Source of the DNA: Candidatus Saccharimonadota bacterium
GTDB lineage: Bacteria; Patescibacteriota; Saccharimonadia; Saccharimonadales; UBA4665
NCBI GenBank assembly: GCA_027450065.1
Contig: DAIDKK010000001.1
Location: forward strand, 13,438 to 77,437
DNA: 64,000 nucleotides
Direction of reading: 5' to 3'
Shown: positions 10,329 through 18,445 of the stretch, piece by piece
Layout: the number at the start of each line of letters is the position of its first letter
How positions within the stretch are numbered: position 1 is the first letter of the stretch
Made by a program: the position numbers and the translations under genes
The notes under the pieces: model-generated
Told to the model about the DNA's origin: nothing
Database searches by the model: none
The model's input: the letters and a program-made list of their open reading frames with translations, nothing else

Positions 10329-11156
10329 ATGAAAAGGGGTGGCCTCGCGGATTCAGCACAGGGGTTTACGATTGTTGAAACACTTATCGTACTTGCCGTC
10401 ACGAGTATGCTCTTTGTTTCGGTTGCCCTGCTAATTAATGGGCGCCAAAACAGAACTGATTTCTTAGTGGGTGTACGCAGTTTACAGCAGCAGTTCCAGC
10501 AAATCATTAATGAGACGATTAGTGGGTATTATCCGAACAACGGTAATTTTAGCTGTAGCGTTGCCGGACCACCACTATCGATTATCTCTGGATCAACTGC
10601 ACAGGGCAAGAACCAAGATTGTATCTTTGCGGGCAAGGCCATTGTCGTGGGAGGAGCAGCTCATCTCAATAATTACAGTGCCTATCCGCTTGCGGGCAGG
10701 CGGGCAATCAATGGGGCAGACGTAAAAACACCACAAGAGGCTCGTGTTACTGCGATTGCCCAAAGCACTGCCAACCCCCAGGCGCCGGTTGTCGGTTTGG
10801 TGAAATTGCCGAATAATCTTGTGTATAGTAAGGCCCGGCTCGCAAATTCCCCATCCTGGACAACAGGGACCTTTGCAGTGGCATTTTTGAGTAGCTTTGG
10901 GAATTTCCAGGGCACGATAAATACAACTGGGTCACAGCAGCTAAATCTGGCCTCTTATTCGAGCTGGAGTTCTAGTATGTCTGATGCCGATAATATTAAT
11001 ACCGAGGCAAACAGGGGAGCACTACAATACCCAATCGCTTCGTCGGGCGTTGAGTACTGTTTCAATAGTGGCGGGACAGCGCAGTCTGTCATAATCGCTA
11101 TTAGTGCCGGCTTGGCAGTGACGACAAATGTAAAAACGGGGCTCAATTGTCCATGA
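10329..11156 (+). CDS. Minor pilin / pseudopilin
   Basis: N-terminal G/FTIVETLIVLAV prepilin motif, 275 aa. Confidence 0.7.
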   Translation: MKRGGLADSAQGFTIVETLIVLAVTSMLFVSVALLINGRQNRTDFLVGVRSLQQQFQQIINETISGYYPNNGNFSCSVAGPPLSIISGSTAQGKNQDCIFAGKAIVVGGAAHLNNYSAYPLAGRRAINGADVKTPQEARVTAIAQSTANPQAPVVGLVKLPNNLVYSKARLANSPSWTTGTFAVAFLSSFGNFQGTINTTGSQQLNLASYSSWSSSMSDADNINTEANRGALQYPIASSGVEYCFNSGGTAQSVIIAISAGLAVTTNVKTGLNCP

Positions 11157-11581
11157 TAGGTTTTATGAAACTACTGGCAAGAAATACGAATCGTTCTCAT
11201 CGTGAGCGTGGAGACACTATTATCGAGGTACTGATAGCGATAGGTATCGTGAGCCTTGTACTGACCTCTGCGTATGCACTTACAAACCGAAATATACAGA
11301 TTAGCCAAGAAGTTCAAGAGCAGGCCTATGCGCAGAAGTTGGTAGAGCGTCAGGTAGAGCTGTTGCGTGCAGTTCCTATAAAACCTACGATGGACGGCTG
11401 CTTTAATACGAGTGGGTTGCCCGTAAGTGGTCCAGCATGTCAGGTTACTAATGGCGGAGCTAGCTATACGCTCTTGGTGCATCCACTTGCTTCGGCTAGC
11501 CAATATAGCGTGCAAGCAATATGGCAGACTCTTGATGGCAAGACTGCAAACGTAACAGTGTACTATCAGGTGGCGTCATGA
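11147..11581 (+). CDS. Minor pilin-like protein
   Basis: RGDTIIEVLIAIGIVSLV prepilin-type N-terminus. Overlaps both neighbouring genes. Confidence 0.65.
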   Translation: MSMIGFMKLLARNTNRSHRERGDTIIEVLIAIGIVSLVLTSAYALTNRNIQISQEVQEQAYAQKLVERQVELLRAVPIKPTMDGCFNTSGLPVSGPACQVTNGGASYTLLVHPLASASQYSVQAIWQTLDGKTANVTVYYQVAS

Positions 11582-12210
11582 CTCATAGGAATACTCCAAC
11601 CAAAGAATCAGGTTTTACTATCGTGGAGTTGATGATAGCTACGCTTGTCTTTTCGGTTATCCTCACTGTTATCACTGTTGGCGTCATGTCATTTACGAAT
11701 CGATACTACAAGGGTGCAAATGTCTCAACGACCCAAAATGCCACCCAAAGCATGCTGGACACCATTACTCAGGCTATCCAGTTTGGATCTGCAATTGTGC
11801 AACCCACTTCTGCGACTACTAATTACTTTTGTGCGGGTGGCTATGCATTTACGTACGATAAGGGCGTCTTATACACTGGTTCGCAAACGGGATTCTACAT
11901 GGCACCTATGGGTAGTACCTGCGCGCCAACTACCACAGGCGGAAAGCAATTACTTGGTACGAATATGCGCATAACGAACCTTTCGGTTGTCAATATTGAT
12001 GCCAGCGAGCATCTCTACAGTGTATCTATGACGGTCGCATTTGGGGCAAATGATTTGCTCTGTTCTCCAGCACAGGGTAACTGCTATGGCAGTGCGGGCA
12101 TGACGACTTTTTGGCCTGTCGCAGATGTACGATGCAAAACAACAACTGGTTCGCAGTTCTGTGCCGTGAGTACGCTCACAACAACGGTTGAACAAAGGAT
12201 AGGCAGCTAA
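11578..12210 (+). CDS. Minor pilin-like protein
   Basis: SG/FTIVELMIATLVFSV prepilin motif. ATGA overlap with the upstream gene. Confidence 0.7.
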   Translation: MTHRNTPTKESGFTIVELMIATLVFSVILTVITVGVMSFTNRYYKGANVSTTQNATQSMLDTITQAIQFGSAIVQPTSATTNYFCAGGYAFTYDKGVLYTGSQTGFYMAPMGSTCAPTTTGGKQLLGTNMRITNLSVVNIDASEHLYSVSMTVAFGANDLLCSPAQGNCYGSAGMTTFWPVADVRCKTTTGSQFCAVSTLTTTVEQRIGS

Positions 12211-12214
12211 TAAA

Positions 12215-13270
12215 GTGTCGTGTACAATGAGAATAAGCATGAAAGCTATTCAGAATAAAGATCAACGTGGGCTTGTTTCTTTTATGATTACATTAATCAT
12301 GATGCTGGTCATATCCTTGATTGTTATAGGTTTTACGCAAGTTACCAATAGAAATCGACGCGAACAGCTTGATAGGCAACTAAGCATGGAGGCCTTTTAT
12401 GCCGCGGAATCCGGTGTAAACGCTGCGGCAAGTATCGCAAAGGCAAGCCTTTTAACCCCCCAGGGTGTTGCTGCACAGACAACGTGCAGCGGTTCAAAAT
12501 ATCCAGCGACCCCACTCAGCATTAATCCTTCGGTGGGTTATACCTGCGTGTTGGTTACGCCGAATGTCCCTAGTATCGTTACGAATGCAAATCCCCTCAC
12601 GTCATCGATATTTCCATTAGTACCGGTTGATAGTGCCGGGAATGCGGTTACCCCAACGCAGCTGACTTTTAGCTGGAGTACGGCACAGGGAACGTCGGCT
12701 ACGAGTAGCGGCTGTCAGACGTATGGGCAATTTCCGAAGAATGACGCAAGCTATACGTGCCCGTTTGGTCTGCTGCGTGTTGATCTCATGCTAGGTAGCG
12801 GTGGCGGGGGTGGGGGGTCTGCTGCTGTATTTGCGGCACGGACCGTAACGCTCTACATGCAACCACTGGCATCAGGAGGCTCTGTGCAAACCATCAATAA
12901 CTTTAGTGCACCCAAGGGGCTTATCGTTGGCTCCCAGTATAACTCAACTACTAAAACATATACTGCAACGGTTAATCTTGCTCCTGCTGCCCAGTCAAAC
13001 CAATATTATATGCGTATCACCACATTCTACCGTGATTCGCCGAGGATAGTGATAGCTGGAACAAATGCTGCCGGGGCTATCAATTTTGCTGATGCCCAGG
13101 CCATCATTGATGTAACTGGTAAAGCACAGGACGTTTTACGACGAGTGCAGGTTACGCTACCCCTTAACCAGTACACTAGCATCACGCCGGAAGGCGCAGT
13201 CCAATCTGTCGCAGGTGTCTGCAAACAGTTCTCGACATACAGTGGTTACTATCAATCAAATTGCCCGTAG
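12215..13270 (+). CDS. PilX-like pilus-associated protein (hydrophobic N-terminus without Glu5)
   Basis: RGLVSFMITLIMMLVISLIVIGF N-terminal helix and an internal Gly7 tract. The start is uncertain (GTG 12215, ATG 12227 or ATG 12239). Confidence 0.55.
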   Translation: MSCTMRISMKAIQNKDQRGLVSFMITLIMMLVISLIVIGFTQVTNRNRREQLDRQLSMEAFYAAESGVNAAASIAKASLLTPQGVAAQTTCSGSKYPATPLSINPSVGYTCVLVTPNVPSIVTNANPLTSSIFPLVPVDSAGNAVTPTQLTFSWSTAQGTSATSSGCQTYGQFPKNDASYTCPFGLLRVDLMLGSGGGGGGSAAVFAARTVTLYMQPLASGGSVQTINNFSAPKGLIVGSQYNSTTKTYTATVNLAPAAQSNQYYMRITTFYRDSPRIVIAGTNAAGAINFADAQAIIDVTGKAQDVLRRVQVTLPLNQYTSITPEGAVQSVAGVCKQFSTYSGYYQSNCP

Positions 13271-13301
13271 TTTGAGGTAAGTACTCAGATAAGCCCCACT
13301 G

Positions 13302-14231
13302 CTACATATGATGAAATTTCTCATGTACAGCGCGGAGATGCGGATCAGTCACATGTGTATAAATTTGTGTCGTCGAAATATTACTATGCCCAAGCATGGC
13401 CTGAACGGAGCGTAAATCGGCGCCATTCATCAAGAGGTTGGTTGCAAAACTATGCCGCATGGTATGAGGGCTAACGTGCTTCGTGATACCAGCGAGCAGG
13501 GCATAGTGTGCGACAAGTCTTTGTACGCTCCGAGCAGTGAGCCGGTGGTAATTGCCAGTCCGGTCTACAGTCTTGCGCCCACCATACCGAATGAAAAGTG
13601 GTTTAGTGGTGTCGGTACGCTTATCAAGATAGTCCTGTATCCACTTTGCTGCCTCAGTACTTATAAATACCGGCCGATCTTTTTGCCCTTTGCCCCTTAC
13701 CGTGAATTCACGTCGTTTGAGGTTAATATGATCCCGGTCGAGTCCAACCAGCTCAGAGACACGTAGGCCCGAGCTGAATAGCAACTCGAGTATGGCTCGA
13801 TCACGTAGCCCTGCGAGTGTATTGGGGTCTGGTTGTGCGAAAAGCCTCGCCAACTCATCTTCATTTAGAAACGTAACCTGCGGTCTGCGCGTGCGTGATA
13901 ACTCTATCGTATCGGGCGCCAGGCAGGGGATATTGCGCTTATGGCAAAATTTCAAGAAACTGCGTAGTGCGATAAGGTGGTAATTGAGTGTTGATTTTTG
14001 AAGCTCATCGTTCATATTGGTACCAAGGCGATTCAGCCAAAGGCGCCATTTACGTACAAGCTCTTGATTAATGTCCTCAACATTGATGTCGCCACCGTAG
14101 TCACTCAGGCGAGTGAGGTAGTGATCGTAATTTGCAATGGTTTTTTGTGATCTATTTTGTTCGATCTCTAGATACTCCAAGAAATCCGTTTTAGCTTTCG
14201 TAAATAACATATGCATGTATTGTAGCATCAT
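13302..14231 (-). CDS. Tyrosine recombinase XerC/XerD family
   Basis: N-terminal SAM-like core-binding domain (FLEYLEIEQNRSQKTIANY) and a C-terminal catalytic region with R..HxxR..MLGHSNISTTQIYTHV. Confidence 0.85.
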   Translation of the reverse strand: MMLQYMHMLFTKAKTDFLEYLEIEQNRSQKTIANYDHYLTRLSDYGGDINVEDINQELVRKWRLWLNRLGTNMNDELQKSTLNYHLIALRSFLKFCHKRNIPCLAPDTIELSRTRRPQVTFLNEDELARLFAQPDPNTLAGLRDRAILELLFSSGLRVSELVGLDRDHINLKRREFTVRGKGQKDRPVFISTEAAKWIQDYLDKRTDTTKPLFIRYGGRKTVDRTGNYHRLTARSVQRLVAHYALLAGITKHVSPHTMRHSFATNLLMNGADLRSVQAMLGHSNISTTQIYTHVTDPHLRAVHEKFHHM

Positions 14232-14297
14232 ATTGTGCGACGTTGGCTTTTTGTTCTGTATCTGTTACAATGGCCACAAAAGAAAGGAATACTATAT

Positions 14298-14810
14298 ATG
14301 GAAAGAACATTAGTCGTGTTTAAGCCGGATGCTGTCATGCGCGGTATTGTGGGAGAGGTACTCACACGCTTTGAGCGTGCTGGCTTTAAGATTGTGGGGA
14401 TGAAAATGTTGCAGCCTGATTACGACCACTTCTTTCAGCACTATGAGGGGATTGGCACGCTCAAAACACGTAAAGGTTCAGAAATATTTGAAGCCCAACT
14501 TGCCACTATGCAAATGAGCCCTGTTATCGCTATGGTTCTGCAGGGTGTCGAGGCTGTTGAGTTTGTGCGCAAGATGGTAGGCGATACCCAGCCAAAATCT
14601 GCAATGCCGGGCACCATCCGAGGCGATTATGCACATGTTAATTATGCACAATCTGCCGAAGCTGGATTGGGCGTACCAAATATTGTGCACGCTTCTGCCA
14701 CGAAGCAAGAAGCAGACCAGGAAATTGCTCATTGGTTTGCGGACAGTGAACTATATGAGTATCAGACTGTACATGAACAGTTCACTCAGCCAAGCAAAAA
14801 GAAAAGGTAG
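14298..14810 (+). CDS. ndk: Nucleoside diphosphate kinase
   Basis: MERTLVVFKPDAV, TIRGDY and NIVHAS (active-site His). The ATG at 14298 has an AAGGAA RBS, so the longer ORF from 14235 was rejected. Confidence 0.9.
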   Translation: MERTLVVFKPDAVMRGIVGEVLTRFERAGFKIVGMKMLQPDYDHFFQHYEGIGTLKTRKGSEIFEAQLATMQMSPVIAMVLQGVEAVEFVRKMVGDTQPKSAMPGTIRGDYAHVNYAQSAEAGLGVPNIVHASATKQEADQEIAHWFADSELYEYQTVHEQFTQPSKKKR

Positions 14811-14844
14811 ACTATCTTTATTGAGTACATTATGTACTCAATAT

Positions 14845-14919
14845 GCCCCCATAGTTCAATGGATAAAATAACTCCGTCCTAAGGAGGAGCTCTAGGTTCG
14901 AATCCTGGTGGGGGCACCA
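14845..14919 (+). tRNA. tRNA-Arg (CCT)
   Basis: Cloverleaf folded by hand: acceptor gccccca/tgggggc, anticodon loop gtCCTaa, T-loop ttcgaat, encoded CCA. Confidence 0.85.
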
Positions 14920-14962
14920 ATTAATTCAGATAACTTACGTGTAGGTTTGATACAATATAAAC

Positions 14963-15529
14963 ATGGTAAAACTCTCGGAGAGTGCTAAATTAGCTGGCAA
15001 AGCTAAATACTTTGCAGATCAATTTGAGGATGAAGGGGTACTGTATGTTTTTCGTAAACACCCCATTGTCATGCGTAAGGGTCTCGTCCTAGGGTCTCTG
15101 GGGTTGCTGGTTGGGCCTCTCTATACCCTTATTCTCACGTATACAAATACGGCCACGCCACCGACAATGACATTTTTCTATCTGAGCTTTCTTGTGAGCA
15201 TAGGGATAGCATTACTTTTGTTTTTCCCCTCATGGATGAGCTGGTACTTCAGCGTCTTTATCGTGACGGACCAACGCTTTATCCAAATTACGCAAAAAGG
15301 CTTCTTCAGCCGAAGCGTCGTTGACATGGGTCTTAATCAGATACAGATGGTCAATTACGAAGTTAAGGGCCTTCAAGAAACTCTACTCGGATATGGTACG
15401 ATAATGATGCAGACTTTTGTGGGGGATTTACTAATTCACTACATTCATCACCCGGCAAAGATACAGAAGCATCTGCTCGAAATCCTGCGCGATAATGGCA
15501 TTACTGCCACAACGAGATTAGTTGAGTAG
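14963..15529 (+). CDS. Membrane protein with bacterial PH-like (YdbS/YdbT-type) domain
   Basis: Two TM helices followed by FIVTDQRFIQITQKGFFSRSVVDMGLNQI, typical of bPH_2 domains. Confidence 0.5.
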   Translation: MVKLSESAKLAGKAKYFADQFEDEGVLYVFRKHPIVMRKGLVLGSLGLLVGPLYTLILTYTNTATPPTMTFFYLSFLVSIGIALLLFFPSWMSWYFSVFIVTDQRFIQITQKGFFSRSVVDMGLNQIQMVNYEVKGLQETLLGYGTIMMQTFVGDLLIHYIHHPAKIQKHLLEILRDNGITATTRLVE

Positions 15530-15539
15530 AGGAAAAACC

Positions 15540-16667
15540 ATGAAAAAACTTAAAAGAGTACCACTATCCAAATTACCTCACATAGCAAAAGTGCGAGTAG
15601 CCCTACCAAAGGTTGCCAAGCGTTTTCGAAAGCCGAATCTGCAGCAGCAAGCGGTTGAAGCGCTGAAGGCCGCCCCCCGAATCACTAACGAGACTATTGC
15701 TGAGCATCGTGAAATTGTGCTTAAGGGTGCCCGGAAATACAAATATCCGCTCCAGCATTCGAAACATCGTATCGTTATGGTCTCCACGGCGTTGCTAAGT
15801 GTGGGTATTATCAGCTTTTTTGTCTACACAAGTCTGAGCCTCTATAGGTTCCAGAGCACTTCCTTGTTTATGTACCATGTGACACAGATTGTACCCTTTC
15901 CAGTTGCTAGAGCGGACAAGAGCTGGGTCTCCTACGAGAGTTACCTCTTTGAGCTACGACGATATATGCACTACTACGAAACGCAGCAACAAGTAGACTT
16001 TAGTTCTACCTCGGGTAAATTCCAGCTTGATACCTATCGGCCTAAAGCGCTCCAGCAGGTTATTGATGCGGCCTACGTGAAAGAGCTTGCTGCTCAGCAC
16101 CACATACGTGTCTCGTCTGGTGAAGTGAACGATGCAATCGCAACGCTTCGGACTCAAAATCAGCTCGGAAGTAGTAACCAAGAACTCGGGAGCGTTACGC
16201 AGAAATTTTTTGGCTGGTCAATTGATGATTTGAAGCGCCAACTCAAGCAAGAGCTTCTTGCCCAGAAGGTGGCCGCTACACTTGATACTACAGCATATGC
16301 GAAAACCCAAAACGTCGTATTGCAACTTCAGAACGGAGCAGATTTTGCGACGCTGGCAGCCCAAATATCTGACGATCCTTCTACGAAGGGAAACGGCGGG
16401 CAATATAATGACCAAGCAATCACCATGAGCAGCCAAGAGGTGCCACCACAGGTTGTTCGTGAACTCATGCAAATGAAAGTAGGTGAGACATCAGGCATTA
16501 TCACCACGCCAACGTCGTTTGAGGTGGTAAAACTACTCGCTGTTGACAACGGCAAGTATAAGGCTGCGCATATTCAAATCAATTTTAATGACATTCAGAC
16601 CTACCTGCAGCCTCTCGAAAAGAAAAACCCTCCCAAGCACTTCATTAGTACAAAAGTGAAATCCTAG
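15540..16667 (+). CDS. Membrane-anchored peptidyl-prolyl isomerase (parvulin, PrsA/SurA-like)
   Basis: N-terminal TM helix and a PpiC-type segment (DFATLAAQISDDPSTKGNGGQY). The ATG at 15540 has a GAGGA RBS. Confidence 0.7.
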   Translation: MKKLKRVPLSKLPHIAKVRVALPKVAKRFRKPNLQQQAVEALKAAPRITNETIAEHREIVLKGARKYKYPLQHSKHRIVMVSTALLSVGIISFFVYTSLSLYRFQSTSLFMYHVTQIVPFPVARADKSWVSYESYLFELRRYMHYYETQQQVDFSSTSGKFQLDTYRPKALQQVIDAAYVKELAAQHHIRVSSGEVNDAIATLRTQNQLGSSNQELGSVTQKFFGWSIDDLKRQLKQELLAQKVAATLDTTAYAKTQNVVLQLQNGADFATLAAQISDDPSTKGNGGQYNDQAITMSSQEVPPQVVRELMQMKVGETSGIITTPTSFEVVKLLAVDNGKYKAAHIQINFNDIQTYLQPLEKKNPPKHFISTKVKS

Positions 16668-16745
16668 CAGCAAATAGTTGCATTCTGGCTGCTTCCTTGC
16701 TAGACTTACCTCTGTTGCAGTAATACTTTTGCACAACGGCAAAAA
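16668..16745 (-). ncRNA. ffs: Candidate SRP (4.5S-like) RNA, domain IV
   Basis: The minus strand reads AGGUAAGUCUAGCAAGGAAGCAGCCA, resembling the conserved AGGUCAGGUCCGGAAGGAAGCAGCC. Flanking 5' gcaaaagtattactgca and 3' tgcaactatttgc can pair. It lies in an otherwise unexplained gap. The pairing that closes the apical loop is atypical. Confidence 0.4.
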
Positions 16746-16789
16746 GGAAAAGAGCAGCCAAAGTTGGCGGATTAATTCCGCAACCCCGA

Positions 16790-16825
16790 GCGATGAGAAA
16801 AACCGTAGGTTTTCTCTTGCATCGA
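16790..16825 (+). promoter_or_regulatory. Leader hairpin motif directly upstream of tRNA-Asp (GCGATGAGAAAAACC-GTA-GGTTTTCTC...CATCG)
   Basis: Hairpin folded by hand. A near-identical motif lies upstream of 5S at 51816-51844. Confidence 0.5.
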
Positions 16826-16902
16826 GGGCTCGTAGTGAAGAGGCCTATCACGTCTCCCTGTCACGGAGAAGATCGCCGGTTCGAATCCGGTCGGGCCCGC
16901 CA
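16826..16902 (+). tRNA. tRNA-Asp (GTC)
   Basis: Acceptor gggctcg/cgggccc (one G-U pair), anticodon stem tctcc/ggaga with loop ctGTCac, T-loop ttcgaat, encoded CCA. Confidence 0.9.
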
Positions 16903-17046
16903 AACAAAATGCCTCATCGCAAGATGGGGCTTTTTGTTTGGGTAGACATGGTACGTGATGCGAACGGGCAAAGCCGGTGCGGACGCCAAGGAGCCGAGCG
17001 CAGAAGTTTACTTTGAGCACGGTGACTGCGTATTGCTCATGCAACC

Positions 17047-17064
17047 ATCCGGTCGGGCCTACCA
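17047..17064 (+). repeat. Duplicated 3'-end fragment of tRNA-Asp (atccggtcgggcc..cca)
   Basis: 13 of 13 nt identical to 16885-16897 and ends in CCA. Followed by a hairpin terminator (aaaatgacccatac..gtatgggtcatttt). Confidence 0.7.
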
Positions 17065-17176
17065 AGAATAAAATGACCCATACCAAAAAAGAGTATGGGT
17101 CATTTTTCTTTGGGCCAACCTGTCAGGGGGGTGCATATATATTGACTAAAATCCATTATTATGATTATATAAATAT

Positions 17177-17674
17177 ATGTCAGAAAGAATGCCTCAAAAT
17201 CCCGAAGCTTCGAAGCAGACCGTTGTAGACCTATACGATGAAGCTGCTCATTATCTTGAAACAATGCTCGGGGCGGGGCGTGCCGTGATTGAACCCGCAG
17301 CATCGCCGTACCGGTTAAGGGTAAGCTGCGACGTGGTGGCACTAAATGGGAAGACTCTTCATCTCGAATACGACAGAGCACGTGATGAAGATAATCCAAC
17401 GGAAGTTGATGAAGATGTGCCCCTAACTTTTGCAGATGAGGCGAGTATTAATCACTGGTGGACCCCCATTAGCGTACGAGTTTATGATGCACAGGGAAGT
17501 CTACTGCATGCGTATGATGTCTCTACTGCGGAAGATGTTAATACCGCAATTGCATATGACAGAAAAGGTATAAAGGACCCGCTAACAGGTGATTTGCCAA
17601 CGATTACCGCGCTCGACGCCCGTGAGATAATGGCGCATCTAGAATGGGCGCTCGATCCCCAAGATCAGCTGTAG
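17177..17674 (+). CDS. Hypothetical acidic protein
   Basis: 165-aa ORF with plausible composition. No motif recognised. Confidence 0.45.
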   Translation: MSERMPQNPEASKQTVVDLYDEAAHYLETMLGAGRAVIEPAASPYRLRVSCDVVALNGKTLHLEYDRARDEDNPTEVDEDVPLTFADEASINHWWTPISVRVYDAQGSLLHAYDVSTAEDVNTAIAYDRKGIKDPLTGDLPTITALDAREIMAHLEWALDPQDQL

Positions 17675-17700
17675 CTCTATTCCCGAACTGGCATAATCGT

Positions 17701-18123
17701 TTACTTATGGGTGGGTTTACTTACTGATCCACAGTACTTGCAGCGTTTTGCTGCGGCCGGGATAGCACTCAGGCATTCAGGACATTGGCGTTCGGCAGGG
17801 GTCTCAACCTCTTCACCTGGCTTCATGTGGGACATGAGTTTATTCAATGGGGCCACAACAAAGAAGAATATGACAGCCGACAAAATCAGAAATGACACAA
17901 TTGCGTTCAGGAAATCACCATACAGGAATGTACTGTGATTGATGGTGAAACTAAGTCTGGAAAAATCAGGCTGTCCACCAATAGCGGCTATCAGCGGGGT
18001 AATGAGCCCCTTGACCATACTCGTAACGACTGCGCCGAAAGCAGCGCCGATCACAACGGCAATAGCTAGATCAACAACATTACCGCGCAGCACAAATTTC
18101 TTAAAGTCTTTTAGCATGTTCAC
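17701..18123 (-). CDS. mscL: Large-conductance mechanosensitive channel MscL with C-terminal zinc-ribbon extension
   Basis: MLKDFKKFVLRGNVVDLAIAVVIGAAFG signature with 2 TM helices. The C-terminus carries CPECLSAIPAAAKRCKYCGS. Confidence 0.9.
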   Translation of the reverse strand: MNMLKDFKKFVLRGNVVDLAIAVVIGAAFGAVVTSMVKGLITPLIAAIGGQPDFSRLSFTINHSTFLYGDFLNAIVSFLILSAVIFFFVVAPLNKLMSHMKPGEEVETPAERQCPECLSAIPAAAKRCKYCGSVSKPTHK

Positions 18124-18237
18124 TCTCCCTTATGCTTACTCGTTGTATTGTATCGCGTGTAAATGATGGGTCAAGGGGTTTGTGTGGCGGTTGTATCTGG
18201 TATAATAATGTCGCTGAGGCATATACGAACAGTATAA

Positions 18238-18313
18238 GCCACCTTAGCTCAGTTGGTAGAGCGACACATTCGTAACGTGTAGGTCGCCAGTTCGATCCTG
18301 GCAGGTGGCTCCA
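18238..18313 (+). tRNA. tRNA-Thr (CGT)
   Basis: Acceptor gccacct/aggtggc, anticodon loop ttCGTaa, T-loop ttcgatc, discriminator T, encoded CCA. An extended -10 (TGGTATAAT) lies at 18198-18206. Confidence 0.9.
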
Positions 18314-18445
18314 TTATAATGAGACAAAACCAAATGGTTTTTTCTCATCGCTTCGCTGCTCTTTTTCCTAAAATGGTGTTACAAAAACGAAGTGAATTCG
18401 TCTTTGTAACAGATGTATAGGCGGCCACCAGCCGATATAAAATTT

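Noticed and set aside
12796-12822. G-rich tract (ggcgggggtggggggt) encoding Gly7 in the PilX-like gene, as a possible phase-variation switch.
   Set aside because: The homopolymer runs are only 5-6 nt and are interrupted. There is no evidence of frameshifted alternative ORFs.
13302-14231. Xer-type tyrosine recombinase as the integrase of a genomic island that would carry the pilus locus, with tRNA-Arg 600 bp away.
   Set aside because: I found no direct repeat of the tRNA-Arg 3' end. ndk lies between them. The sequence looks like the housekeeping XerC/D typical of CPR genomes. This could still be re-examined with comparative data.
16678-17086. ORFs 16678-17016(+), 16772-17086(-) and 16645-16851(-).
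   Set aside because: They run through tRNA-Asp and its leader and trailer hairpins, and their composition is Arg/Ser/Cys-rich.
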